DNA of 64,000 nucleotides, taken from the NCBI GenBank assembly GCA_047639475.1, contig JBLIOD010000006.1:13335-77334 (forward strand), in the 5' to 3' direction. A program made the translations under genes and the position numbers. Shown here one piece after another: positions 21,162-30,518 of the stretch. The notes beneath the pieces were generated by a model. The model made no database searches and was not told the DNA's origin. It saw only the letters and a program-made list of their open reading frames with translations. The stretch comes from Gammaproteobacteria bacterium (GTDB lineage: Bacteria > Pseudomonadota > Gammaproteobacteria > Arenicellales > Poriferihabitantaceae). Position 1 is the first letter of the stretch, and each line of letters starts with the position of its first letter.

Positions 21162-23198
21162 TTACTTTACCCGCATACCAGGCATAGCGCCGTCGTCGGG
21201 GTTAAGCAAAAATATATCCTCTCCTCCTGGACCTGCCGCCAACACCATGCCTTCTGATACGCCAAAACGCATTTTACGCGGCGCCAAATTGGCGACCATC
21301 ACGGTCTTTTTACCAATGAGGTCTTGCGGTTGGTAGGCAGACTTAATGCCAGAGAATACCTGTCGTTGTTCACCGCCCAAGTCTAGGGTGAGTTGTAATA
21401 ATTTATCGGCTCCTTCTACTGCTTGAGCATCCACTATGTCGACTACGCGCAAATCAATCTTCGCAAAGGCGTCAAAATCGATTACGTCGCTTATCGGGTC
21501 ATCAGCCAATGGTCCGGTGACAACGGGCGCGGCTTCTTGCAATGTCGTGTCACCCTGCTTTGATTCTTCTATCATTTGTTCTACTTTATCTGCGTCCACT
21601 CGCGTCATGAGTGGCTTAAATTTATTGATTGAATGGCTCAACAATGTCGCATCGTAATCGACCCATTGCATTTCTTCGATATTCAAAAAAGCTTCTACTT
21701 GCTTTGCCAGCTCAGGCAATACTGGCTTTATATAGTTAACCAGCACTCTGAACAAATTGATGCCCTGCGTGCACACGCCTTGCACCTCAGATTTTCGCTG
21801 TTCGTCTTTGATCAACACCCATGGCTCTGCCGCATCGATATATTGATTCGCCAAATCCGCCAAACGCATGATTTCGCGCATGGCTTTACTGTATTGACGG
21901 CCTTCGTAAGCACTGGCAATTGAATCGCCTGAAGCGGTGAAGGTATTGAACAACGCCTGGTCCGGCAAGCTCTCCGATAATTGGCTATCGAATTGTTTAA
22001 CAATGAACCCAGCGCAGCGACTGGCGATATTAACCAATTTGCCCACCAAGTCCGAATTAACCCGCGCTTGAAAGTCACTAAGGTTCAAATCTAAGTCGTC
22101 AATGCCATTGTCTAACTTGGTAGCGAAGTAGTAACGCAAATACGCTGGATTTAAATTATTCAAGTACGTGCGCGCCATAATAAAAGTGCCTTTTGACTTC
22201 GACATTTTCTGGCCATCCACGGTTAAAAATCCGTGACACCACACACTGCTCGGTGTTCTGTAACCTGCTCCCTTTAATTCAGCCGGCCAAAACAAAGTAT
22301 GAAAGCGCGCGATATCTTTGCCAATGAAATGCACCATTTCACATTTACTGTTTGGCGCCAAGAAGTCATCAAACTCCAATCCATCTGTGCGATCACAGAG
22401 GTTTTTGAAACTGGCCAAATAGCCAATGGGTGCGTCCATCCACACGTAAAAATATTTGTCTTTCTCACCAGGGATTTCAAAACCCCAATAAGGCGCATTT
22501 CGTGAAATGTCCCAATCAAACAAAGTATCTTCAAATAGCTCCTTTTGCTTATTCGCAATCTCTACTTGCGTGTGACCAGCGTCTAGCCAGTCTGCCAAGA
22601 AATCTTGAAAGTCACTGAGCTTAAAAAATAGCTGCTCAGAGTCACGTTCTTCAGGCGTCGCACCCGACACCACTGAAACAGGGTCGATTAGATCTGTTGG
22701 GGAATACGTTTCACCACACACATCGCAGTTATCACCGTATTGGTCAACAGATTTGCAGTTTGGACAGGTGCCTTTTACAAAGCGATCTGGCAGGAACATC
22801 GCCTTTTCAGGGTCATAAAGCTGCTGAATGGTTTGCCTTTTTATATGACCATTTTCCTTGAGCTTCAGGTAGATCTCAGAGGAAATTTCACGGTTCTCAT
22901 CAGAATGAGTGGTGTAATAATTATCAAATGCCACGCCAAACTCACTAAAGTCAGCATAATGCTCCGCTTGTACGCGATCTATTAATTGTTGCGGTGTAAT
23001 GCCCTCAGCTTCAGCTCGCAGCATAATCGCGGTGCCGTGCGCATCGTCAGCACAAACAAAATGACATTCATTACCGCGCATTTTTTGAAAGCGCGTCCAA
23101 ACATCAACCTGTATATATTCAACTAAATGGCCAATATGGATAGGCCCGTTGGCGTATGGCAATGCACTGGTTACCAGAATTCGTCTCGACTGTGCCAT
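21162..23198 (-). CDS. metG: methionine--tRNA ligase
   Basis: HIGH ([10 protein letters not shown]), KMSKS (GQKMSKSKG), a zinc knuckle CPNC...CDVC, and a C-terminal tRNA-binding domain. Confidence 0.97.
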   Translation of the reverse strand: MAQSRRILVTSALPYANGPIHIGHLVEYIQVDVWTRFQKMRGNECHFVCADDAHGTAIMLRAEAEGITPQQLIDRVQAEHYADFSEFGVAFDNYYTTHSDENREISSEIYLKLKENGHIKRQTIQQLYDPEKAMFLPDRFVKGTCPNCKSVDQYGDNCDVCGETYSPTDLIDPVSVVSGATPEERDSEQLFFKLSDFQDFLADWLDAGHTQVEIANKQKELFEDTLFDWDISRNAPYWGFEIPGEKDKYFYVWMDAPIGYLASFKNLCDRTDGLEFDDFLAPNSKCEMVHFIGKDIARFHTLFWPAELKGAGYRTPSSVWCHGFLTVDGQKMSKSKGTFIMARTYLNNLNPAYLRYYFATKLDNGIDDLDLNLSDFQARVNSDLVGKLVNIASRCAGFIVKQFDSQLSESLPDQALFNTFTASGDSIASAYEGRQYSKAMREIMRLADLANQYIDAAEPWVLIKDEQRKSEVQGVCTQGINLFRVLVNYIKPVLPELAKQVEAFLNIEEMQWVDYDATLLSHSINKFKPLMTRVDADKVEQMIEESKQGDTTLQEAAPVVTGPLADDPISDVIDFDAFAKIDLRVVDIVDAQAVEGADKLLQLTLDLGGEQRQVFSGIKSAYQPQDLIGKKTVMVANLAPRKMRFGVSEGMVLAAGPGGEDIFLLNPDDGAMPGMRVK

Positions 23199-23379
23199 AA
23201 GGCTTAATATTTGCGTGGCTAAAGGTTATAGTCAGGGGCCTAAATCACAGATTTGTTTTGGCACCGAAGAGGTGGCAAATTATACGCAATTGCAGCATTG
23301 AAAACACTGGCTTGATAGTCTAATTACAAGCCCCATATGTTTACCTATATTCTAACGAAACACTCCATCGGATCACAGT

Positions 23380-24465
23380 ATGTCTCTAGATAAAAGTAAT
23401 ATTGAGGCCAGCCTCAAGTTGTTCATAGACCCACATAATGGCAAGTCGCTAGTTGACAATAAAGCCATTAGTGATATACGCATTGACGGCGGCAAAGTCG
23501 CAGTAGATGTGGTGCTTGGCTATCCTGCCAATAGCTATCATACCCAATTGCAAAATGAACTAAGCGAATTGGTTTCAAAGCTGCCAGGTGTTGAGAACGT
23601 CATTGTGTCGGTCACGTCCGACATTAACTCCCATGCTGTGCAAGAAGGCACCAAGCCAATTGAAGGTGTTAAAAATATTATCGCAGTGGCCTCTGGTAAA
23701 GGCGGCGTCGGCAAATCGACGGTATCTTCCAATCTTGCCTTGGCTTTGGCGGCCGAGGGTGCAAGCGTCGGTATACTCGATGCAGATATCTACGGCCCCA
23801 GTCAGCCACGCATGTTTGGTTTGAGCGGCCAGCCCACCTCTGACGGCAAATCGTTGCAGCCAATGATCAGCTATCGAATTCAAACCATGTCGATTGGCTA
23901 TCTGATAGAGGAAGACACCCCCATGATCTGGCGCGGGCCAATGGTGACGCAAGCGCTAGAGCAATTACTACGCGATACCCGTTGGAACGATTTAGATTAC
24001 CTCATTATTGACTTACCACCCGGTACCGGTGACATACAACTTACTTTGGCACAGAAAGTTCCTGTCACTGGCTCCGTCATCGTGACAACGCCCCAAGATA
24101 TCGCACTAATTGATGCTAGAAAAGCCGTCAAGATGTTCGAAAAGGTAGAGATTCCTATCTTAGGCATAGTAGAAAACATGAGTACCCACGTATGCACTAA
24201 TTGCGGTCATGAGGAACATATTTTTGGTTCTGGCGGTGGTGAGGAAATGGCCAAGGACTACGATATTGAATTATTGGGCAATATCCCCCTTGATGGCGCC
24301 ATCAGGCAACACGCCGACCAAGGCAAGCCCACGGTAGTAGCGGACCCAGATGGCAGCGTGGCGCAGAGCTACAAGGCGATAGCCCGTAAAACAGCTGCTC
24401 GCTTAGCCGATCGCAAGAAAGATTTTTCAGCGGCTTTCCCCAATATTGTTATTCAGCAAAACTAA
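23380..24465 (+). CDS. apbC: iron-sulfur cluster carrier protein ApbC/Mrp
   Basis: Deviant Walker A SGKGGVGKST, a CxxC motif (CTNCGH), and an N-terminal DUF59-like domain. The gene is divergent from metG, as in many Gram-negatives. Confidence 0.93.
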   Translation: MSLDKSNIEASLKLFIDPHNGKSLVDNKAISDIRIDGGKVAVDVVLGYPANSYHTQLQNELSELVSKLPGVENVIVSVTSDINSHAVQEGTKPIEGVKNIIAVASGKGGVGKSTVSSNLALALAAEGASVGILDADIYGPSQPRMFGLSGQPTSDGKSLQPMISYRIQTMSIGYLIEEDTPMIWRGPMVTQALEQLLRDTRWNDLDYLIIDLPPGTGDIQLTLAQKVPVTGSVIVTTPQDIALIDARKAVKMFEKVEIPILGIVENMSTHVCTNCGHEEHIFGSGGGEEMAKDYDIELLGNIPLDGAIRQHADQGKPTVVADPDGSVAQSYKAIARKTAARLADRKKDFSAAFPNIVIQQN

Positions 24466-24478
24466 TCACTTCTAATCT

Positions 24479-25045
24479 ATGGCAATTAAATCAGATCGCT
24501 GGATCAAGCACATGGCTAAAACCACGGACATGATTTCTCCGTTTGAGCCGGCCCAAGTTCGCCACGGCGAACACGGTAAAGTTATTTCTTATGGTACCTC
24601 GAGCTACGGTTATGACATTCGTTGCGCCAATGAGTTTCGTATTTTCACCAACATTAACTCGGCCATTGTTGACCCCAAGAACTTTTCAGATGATAGCTTT
24701 GTAGAGTTTGAAGGAGACGTTTGCATTATTCCGCCTAATTCATTCGCTTTAGCGCGCACAGTCGAATACTTTAAAATCCCAAGAAACGTACTGACCATCT
24801 GCTTGGGTAAAAGCACTTACGCTCGTTGCGGCATTATTGTTAACGTAACGCCGTTTGAACCTGAGTGGGAAGGCCATGTAACGCTGGAGTTTTCTAATAC
24901 CACCACCCTGCCCGCTAAAATTTATGCCAATGAAGGCGTCGCACAGGTACTATTTTTCGAATCAGACGAAGAATGCGAAGTATCGTATAAAGACCGCGGC
25001 GGCAAGTATCAAGGCCAACAAGGCGTGACTTTACCTAAGGCTTAA
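24479..25045 (+). CDS. dcd: dCTP deaminase
   Basis: 188 aa, SSYGYDIRC...[11 protein letters not shown] motifs. Confidence 0.95.
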   Translation: MAIKSDRWIKHMAKTTDMISPFEPAQVRHGEHGKVISYGTSSYGYDIRCANEFRIFTNINSAIVDPKNFSDDSFVEFEGDVCIIPPNSFALARTVEYFKIPRNVLTICLGKSTYARCGIIVNVTPFEPEWEGHVTLEFSNTTTLPAKIYANEGVAQVLFFESDEECEVSYKDRGGKYQGQQGVTLPKA

Positions 25046-25141
25046 TAGCCGTTTAATACTTGCTCGTTTTAGGATTAACGGCGTATCAAAAGCGTGACCA
25101 AAAAAACACGCTATTTATATCACTTTTTTAGCGTTCACCAA

Positions 25142-25170
25142 TTGACCTAAAGCAAGCGGGTGAGTATCAT
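25142..25170 (+). promoter_or_regulatory. candidate sigma70 promoter for tRNA-Asn
   Basis: TTGACC (25142-25147), a 17-nt spacer, then TATCAT (25165-25170), followed by the GC-rich discriminator cgcgcg. It lies about 16 nt upstream of the tRNA 5' end. Confidence 0.5.
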
Positions 25171-25185
25171 CGCGCGTCTCAATAT

Positions 25186-25261
25186 TCCTTGATAGCTCAG
25201 TTGGTAGAGCAAATGACTGTTAATCATTAGGTCGCTGGTTCGAGCCCAGCTCAAGGAGCCA
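25186..25261 (+). tRNA. tRNA-Asn (anticodon GTT)
   Basis: 76-nt cloverleaf folded by hand: acceptor TCCTTGA/TCAAGGA, D-arm GCTC/GAGC, anticodon stem AATGA/TCATT with loop CTGTTAA, T-arm GCTGG-TTCGAGC-CCAGC, and an encoded CCA. It is close to E. coli tRNA-Asn. Confidence 0.95.
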
Positions 25262-25270
25262 AATCCAAAA

Positions 25271-25299
25271 AGCCGCTAAGTCTCTTAGCGGCTTTTTTG
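25271..25299 (+). terminator. intrinsic terminator after tRNA-Asn
   Basis: agccgctaag-tct-cttagcggct (10-bp perfect stem) followed by tttttt. Confidence 0.8.
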
Positions 25300-25348
25300 T
25301 ACCTATCTAAATCGTAATTTCCTTGTGTTCACTGTAACTTCTTCATTT

Positions 25349-26224
25349 TCACTTAGCGCTTTGCTTTTCCAAGTAGGATACAATTTTTTTAATAGTAGAA
25401 TGCTCACTAACCGAATCTGATACTTTTATTGTCAACCAACGCGGTAACTTTACTTTACGCTTAAACGGCATCACCACCGCGCCGCTACTCAGCAAGTCTC
25501 CGACTAAACATTGGTGCCCTATCAAGGCCCCCGCCCCATTTTTGACTTCTTCTACGGCTAGGCTATAGAGTGAAAACTCCGGTCCTTGAAGATCAGTTCG
25601 GTGCATTTCTTTGCTGTTACCGAGCCACTCTCGCCAATCTGCATCCCACAAGCTGTCATGAAACAATGTGACTGTCTGCTGAGTTTGCTTATCCCTGATG
25701 GTCTTTAATAATGAGGGTGCACAAATCGGAAAAATAACATCCTGTTCTAATATGGTAGAAAATTCGCTTTGCGGCTCTTCTTCAAAGTATATACATAAAT
25801 CGAAGCCATTGCGTTTCATATTGGGCGCCTTATCCTGCGCTGAAACGGATATGGCCGTTCCCGGTAACGCGTTCCTAATGCCGGGCAACAACGGCGAAAG
25901 CCAAAACTGCGCAATACTGGGCAGAGCGGCAATTTGAATTTGATTCGGGGCGGAAATAGATCGCAGGCGTTGCGCCGCCCGACCAAGGTGATCAAAGGCA
26001 TCGATTAAATCGGGTCGAATGCTTTCGCCGATAGGCGTTAGTATCACACCCTGCGCCTTGCGCTCAAAAAACTTCGCCCCTGCCCATGCTTCCAGCACCT
26101 TTATTTGTTGCGCAACCGCAGCCGGCGTCACAAACAGTTCGTCAGCCGCCTTAACAAAACTCTCTAGACGAACCGCCGCTTCAAATGCGCGTAGTGCATT
26201 TAGTGGAGGGAGCTTTGATGACAT
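25349..26224 (-). CDS. LysR-family transcriptional regulator (GcvA-like subgroup)
   Basis: N-terminal wHTH LPPLNALRAFEAAVRLESFVKAADELFVTPAAVAQQIKVLE. The gene is divergent from the SHMT-like gene. Confidence 0.88.
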   Translation of the reverse strand: MSSKLPPLNALRAFEAAVRLESFVKAADELFVTPAAVAQQIKVLEAWAGAKFFERKAQGVILTPIGESIRPDLIDAFDHLGRAAQRLRSISAPNQIQIAALPSIAQFWLSPLLPGIRNALPGTAISVSAQDKAPNMKRNGFDLCIYFEEEPQSEFSTILEQDVIFPICAPSLLKTIRDKQTQQTVTLFHDSLWDADWREWLGNSKEMHRTDLQGPEFSLYSLAVEEVKNGAGALIGHQCLVGDLLSSGAVVMPFKRKVKLPRWLTIKVSDSVSEHSTIKKIVSYLEKQSAK

Positions 26225-26257
26225 AATTTAATCTGAAGAGAAACCTTAAAGGCATAG

Positions 26258-26277
26258 ATATTATAGGCCTATAATAT
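26258..26277. promoter_or_regulatory. 20-bp perfect palindrome, candidate LysR operator in the divergent promoter region
   Basis: ATATTATAGGCCTATAATAT is exactly self-complementary and contains T-N11-A-type half-sites. It lies 34 bp from the LysR start and about 100 bp from the SHMT-like start. Confidence 0.5.
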
Positions 26278-26378
26278 AGCTATACTAGTTTGCGACGTCC
26301 AATCCTATCGAATAGGCTCTCGTTGTGGCTTTCAAAAGCCGATTGCTTCCGTCAACCTCTTAACCAAATCACGTTGCC

Positions 26379-27644
26379 ATGGCCTCATTCTTTACCGCTA
26401 CTGTAAATACCACTGACCCGCTCGTCGCCGACGCCTTGAAAGGCGAATCGTTTCGGCAGCAAAATCAATTAGAGCTGATTGCCTCAGAGAATATAGTAAG
26501 CCAAGCCGTATTAGATGCATTGGCGCACCCTATTACCAATAAAACCTTAGAGGGATATCCTGGCAACCGCTTTCACGGCGGCGGCCAGTTTGTCGATATC
26601 ATCGAGCAAGCGGCCATTGACCGCACTAAAGAATTGTTCGGCTGCAACTATGCTAACGTACAACCCCATTCTGGCACGCAAGCTAATCAAGCGGTGTTCT
26701 TTGCCACCTTACAACCCGGTGACGCCATTTTAAGCCTAGACTTGGCAGCAGGCGGTCACCTAAGTCACGGCGCAAAGCCTAACCAATCTGGTCGATGGTT
26801 CAGTGCCAATCATTATGGCGTCGATAGGGAAACAGGGCAAATTGACTATGACGATATTGCGCAAAGAGCCGAAGACGTCCAACCTAAGCTACTCATCACT
26901 GGCGGATCTGCATATCCACGTAGCATTGATTTTAAGCGCCTTAGTGAAATAGCCAAGTCTGTGGGTGCGCTATTTCTAGTAGACATGGCGCACATCGCCG
27001 GCTTGGTGGCCGCAGGCGTCCACTCTTCTCCCGTCCCTTATGCTGATTTCGTCACCTGCACCACCACCAAGACCCTGCGCGGGCCACGCGGTGGATTAAT
27101 ACTGACCAACAGCGAGCATTGGGCCAAGAAATTTCAATCAGCGGTGTTTCCTGGCGTACAAGGGAGTTTACACACGCAAATAATTGCCGCTAAAGCCGTT
27201 TGTTTGGGTGAAGCCTTGCGTCCTGAGTTCAAAACCTACGGCAAGCAGATTATTGATAATGCCCGCACTTTGGCTACAACGCTTAAAGATCGGGGCGTCG
27301 ATTTGGTTAGCGGCGGTACTGATACCCATATTGTATTGCTTAACCTTGCGGCTAATGGCCTGCTCGGCCAAGCGGTGCAAGATGCACTGGGTTTAGTCGA
27401 CATCACTTCCAACAAGAATCCTATTCCCTTTGATTCCAACAAACCTTCTCAGTGGGTTGGCCTGCGTTTAGGTTTGGCCGCGGTAACGACCCGTGGCTTG
27501 GGGACTCAAGAAATCAAACAATTAGGCGGTGTCATTGCGGACGTTATTGCTGCATGTGAAGACAGCACTTCCGACCATATAGAAGGCGCCAAACAAACTG
27601 TGGCAAATATTTGCGCACAGTTTCCTATTTATCCCATCAGCTAA
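26379..27644 (+). CDS. serine hydroxymethyltransferase-family PLP enzyme (divergent paralogue)
   Basis: Clear SHMT fold (LELIASEN..., YANVQPHSGTQAN, DMAHIAGLVAAG, KTLRGPRGG). Several canonical motifs are altered: NKT-LEGYPGNRFHGG against NKYAEGYPGKRYYGG, and CTTTKTL against TTTHKTL. Confidence 0.8.
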   Translation: MASFFTATVNTTDPLVADALKGESFRQQNQLELIASENIVSQAVLDALAHPITNKTLEGYPGNRFHGGGQFVDIIEQAAIDRTKELFGCNYANVQPHSGTQANQAVFFATLQPGDAILSLDLAAGGHLSHGAKPNQSGRWFSANHYGVDRETGQIDYDDIAQRAEDVQPKLLITGGSAYPRSIDFKRLSEIAKSVGALFLVDMAHIAGLVAAGVHSSPVPYADFVTCTTTKTLRGPRGGLILTNSEHWAKKFQSAVFPGVQGSLHTQIIAAKAVCLGEALRPEFKTYGKQIIDNARTLATTLKDRGVDLVSGGTDTHIVLLNLAANGLLGQAVQDALGLVDITSNKNPIPFDSNKPSQWVGLRLGLAAVTTRGLGTQEIKQLGGVIADVIAACEDSTSDHIEGAKQTVANICAQFPIYPIS

Positions 27645-27652
27645 AACCCATC

Positions 27653-28906
27653 ATGCAAGTTATTATATTGGGCAGCGGTGTCGTCGGGGTTTGCAGTGCT
27701 TGGTACCTTGCCGAACAGGGGCACAGTGTAACTGTCATTGATCGTCAATCGAGCGCTGCGTTAGAAACGAGTTATGCTAATGCAGGACAAATCTCTCCGG
27801 GTTACTCAGCGCCATGGGCGGCGCCGGGCGTTCCGCTAAAAGCGATACGTTGGTTGCTAGATGAGCTTGGGCCTTTAAGGGTCAGTGCCAAATCACTGTG
27901 CACACCGGATTTACAAAAGTGGCTGATTAAGCTGTTATTGCAGTGCAACCACAAATCCTACGCGGTTAATAAAGCCAAGATGCTGCAAATTGCGACTTAT
28001 AGCCGAGAATGCTACGAGACACTACGGCAAACGCATCAATTCGAATACGATCAAAGTAGCAAAGGTACTTTGCAGCTTTTTCGTTCAGACAAGCAAGTAA
28101 AAGCATCGCAAGCAGATATAAAAATACTCGAAGATTGCGGAGTAGACCATCAATCTTTAAATCTTAATGAATGCATCAACTATGAACCTGCACTGCAGCA
28201 CGTAGCGGATAAATTTGTGGGTGGATTACGCCTGCCGAACGATGAAACTGGCGATTGCTTCAAGTTCACTCAGCTGCTTGCGCAGGCTTGTAAAGATAAA
28301 GGTGTGCGGTTTTTATTTGACACTACTATAGACAAAATTGCCACCGAAAAAGGGCTGGTTAAAGGCATAGAAGCCAATGGAGAAGTCTATACAGCGGACC
28401 AGTACGTATTGGCGTTGGGTGCCCACTCACCATTATTAGCCAAAACCCTTGGCATAAAGTTACCCATCTATCCCGTAAAGGGTTACTCCATCACCCTAGA
28501 CATCATTAATGAAGAACTCGCGCCTCGCTCAACCATTATGGACGAAACCCATAAAGTGGCCATCACTCGCCTGGGAAATCGGATTAGGGTAGGCGGCACA
28601 GCAGAGCTGTCAGGGTATAACCTTAAAACACCTGAGAGCAGGAAGAGAAACTTGGAGCACGTGATCAATGACCTATTCGGCGGGGCAGCCACGGAATCTG
28701 GTTCTGAGTTTTGGGCAGGGCTACGGCCGATGACCCCCAGCGGCGTGCCGATCATCGGTAAAAGCGAAATCGGCAACCTCTATCTAAACACAGGCCACGG
28801 CACCCTTGGCTGGACTATGGGTGCAGGATCAGGAAAACTATTGAGCGACCTGATGAGTGGTATACAACCCAAAGTCGGTGTTCTTAATTATCAATCACCC
28901 TATTGA
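27653..28906 (+). CDS. dadA: D-amino acid dehydrogenase (FAD-dependent, DadA-like)
   Basis: MQVIILGSGVVGVCSAWYLAEQGHSVTVIDR (GxGxxG) and ETSYANAGQISPGYSAPWAAPG are typical DadA N-terminal sequence. The ATG lies 8 nt after the SHMT-like stop. Confidence 0.9.
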   Translation: MQVIILGSGVVGVCSAWYLAEQGHSVTVIDRQSSAALETSYANAGQISPGYSAPWAAPGVPLKAIRWLLDELGPLRVSAKSLCTPDLQKWLIKLLLQCNHKSYAVNKAKMLQIATYSRECYETLRQTHQFEYDQSSKGTLQLFRSDKQVKASQADIKILEDCGVDHQSLNLNECINYEPALQHVADKFVGGLRLPNDETGDCFKFTQLLAQACKDKGVRFLFDTTIDKIATEKGLVKGIEANGEVYTADQYVLALGAHSPLLAKTLGIKLPIYPVKGYSITLDIINEELAPRSTIMDETHKVAITRLGNRIRVGGTAELSGYNLKTPESRKRNLEHVINDLFGGAATESGSEFWAGLRPMTPSGVPIIGKSEIGNLYLNTGHGTLGWTMGAGSGKLLSDLMSGIQPKVGVLNYQSPY

Positions 28907-28970
28907 TTTGTGCTCTAGCGCGTAGGTTATACTTAGGTCTTGTCCTAATCACTTCTAAAGAGTTTGCATT

Positions 28971-29366
28971 ATGTTTAGCCCAATACAGATCCCTTTTGAT
29001 TCCGTCATGTTATTCAATGTTGTTGACCTGAAGGAAGGGGTAACTATCGAAGACGTAGAGCTAACGCTGGGTGAAATGTGTAACGTGGTGAAAAATGCCT
29101 ACGGAGATGAGCAAGGAGGCTTTCTCGCTGGACAGGTTTTTAAGTTTTCCGGCTTTGTTTCCAATGAAGGGTCATTCACCGATAGCCCCGGCAGAAAGCA
29201 AGGTGATTTAGCGATCGTGACTTACTGGCGTTCATTTGAGCAACACGAAAAATCTCATGCCGACAAAGCGTTTAAAGAGAAATTTGACGAGCTAGTAGAG
29301 GTTTGCGACGACGCCTACGAAGTGGGCTATGAGTTACTTTGGCAGGGAGAAGCTGAAGACCAATAG
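28971..29366 (+). CDS. hypothetical protein, possibly ABM-like (dimeric alpha/beta barrel)
   Basis: 131 aa. The segment ...LAIVTYWRSFEQHEKSHADKAFKEKFDEL... resembles ABM/monooxygenase-like domains. This is a weak assignment made by eye. Confidence 0.35.
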   Translation: MFSPIQIPFDSVMLFNVVDLKEGVTIEDVELTLGEMCNVVKNAYGDEQGGFLAGQVFKFSGFVSNEGSFTDSPGRKQGDLAIVTYWRSFEQHEKSHADKAFKEKFDELVEVCDDAYEVGYELLWQGEAEDQ

Positions 29367-29379
29367 CCACTATGTATGA

Positions 29380-29703
29380 CTAAGGTCTGCGCGTATTTAG
29401 AAAGTAACTTACCGCTCTTTTTTGTTTTCTACTCAAAGCGCTTTTAAGCTCTGGGTTATTTTTTAATGCCGCTAAAAATTGCCTATTATTTACAGAGCGT
29501 GAAAGCAAGTCTTGCATGGGCCAGTTTGGACATAGAAGCTGGACTTCTAACACCCGTTTCCCTAAATCATACTGCCCACTATAGTAGGGTGACGCCCCAC
29601 TATTGCGGCCATCTGCGAACTGATCACTTCCTGAACTAAAGGCTGTAAAAGTAAAAACACAAATAAGTAATCCCCCAAAAGCGGGTGGCATCAACTTATT
29701 CAA
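29380..29703 (-). CDS. hypothetical small exported protein
   Basis: 107 aa with a hydrophobic N-terminal signal-like segment (GGLLICVFTFTAFS). I recognised no motif. Confidence 0.4.
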   Translation of the reverse strand: MNKLMPPAFGGLLICVFTFTAFSSGSDQFADGRNSGASPYYSGQYDLGKRVLEVQLLCPNWPMQDLLSRSVNNRQFLAALKNNPELKSALSRKQKRAVSYFLNTRRP

Positions 29704-29720
29704 TGATTAACACGCACTAA

Positions 29721-30518
29721 CTAGCCTTGGGTGCTTTGATAATTATAAAGCACCACCCCTGTTGCTACCGACACGTTCAAACTTGAAACGCTGCCATGCA
29801 TAGGAATACTGACCAACTCATCGCACTGCTCAGCAGTTAAACGCCGAAGCCCTGAACCTTCAGCCCCCATTACAAAAGCAATAGAAGCCGGGTATTTCGC
29901 ACCCATTACCGAATTGCTAGAGTCTGCTAGGCCAACCAGCCAAATGCCTTTATCTTTAAGTAGCCTTAATGTTCTGGCCAAGTTGGTAACATAATAAACT
30001 GGCACCGAATCAGTAGCGCCGCTGGCGACTCTGTGAACTGTTTCTGTCATGGGGCACGCACCGTCTTTAGGTACGATGATTAAATCTGCTCCCGCACCAT
30101 CTGCTGTGCGAATACACGCACCGAGATTATGCGGATCAGTGACTTGATCTAGGACAAGAATGAATGGCTTGTCTAATTTATCGACTTCTCGCTCTAGGTC
30201 ATTTTCATGCGGCATTTGCTGTGGTGTTACGGTTAACACCACGCCTTGATGGTTGCCGTTGTCTGTTAGTTTGTCGAGCTGTTTTCGATCACTTTTTTCT
30301 ACTCGAATATTTGCCGCAGACAGCATGTCCAGCACTTCATCTAACCGTTTATTCTTACTGCTGCCATCCAATTGAGCTAGCTGTATCGAATCTGAGGCCC
30401 GTTCAATTCGTGATAAGGCCGAATGAACGCCAAACACTAGATGGGCTTTTTTAGCGCCTGTCGCTTTTCTCCTTGGTCCTGATGACTTACCTGATTGATG
30501 TCTATTTCTTTCTTGCAC
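29721..30518 (-). CDS. rlmB: 23S rRNA (guanosine-2'-O)-methyltransferase RlmB
   Basis: SpoU/TrmH motifs (LDQVTDPHNLGACIRTADGAGA..., GAEGSGLR..., SLNVSVATG). It lies immediately downstream of rnr as in E. coli, and its start overlaps the rnr stop by 17 nt. Confidence 0.9.
   Translation of the reverse strand: MQERNRHQSGKSSGPRRKATGAKKAHLVFGVHSALSRIERASDSIQLAQLDGSSKNKRLDEVLDMLSAANIRVEKSDRKQLDKLTDNGNHQGVVLTVTPQQMPHENDLEREVDKLDKPFILVLDQVTDPHNLGACIRTADGAGADLIIVPKDGACPMTETVHRVASGATDSVPVYYVTNLARTLRLLKDKGIWLVGLADSSNSVMGAKYPASIAFVMGAEGSGLRRLTAEQCDELVSIPMHGSVSSLNVSVATGVVLYNYQSTQG

Noticed and set aside
23199-23379. TGGCAC-like sequence (ttggcaccgaagaggtggca) in the metG/apbC spacer as a sigma-54 promoter.
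   Set aside because: The -12 element (TTGC) is absent at the required spacing. Neither flanking housekeeping gene is expected to depend on sigma-54.
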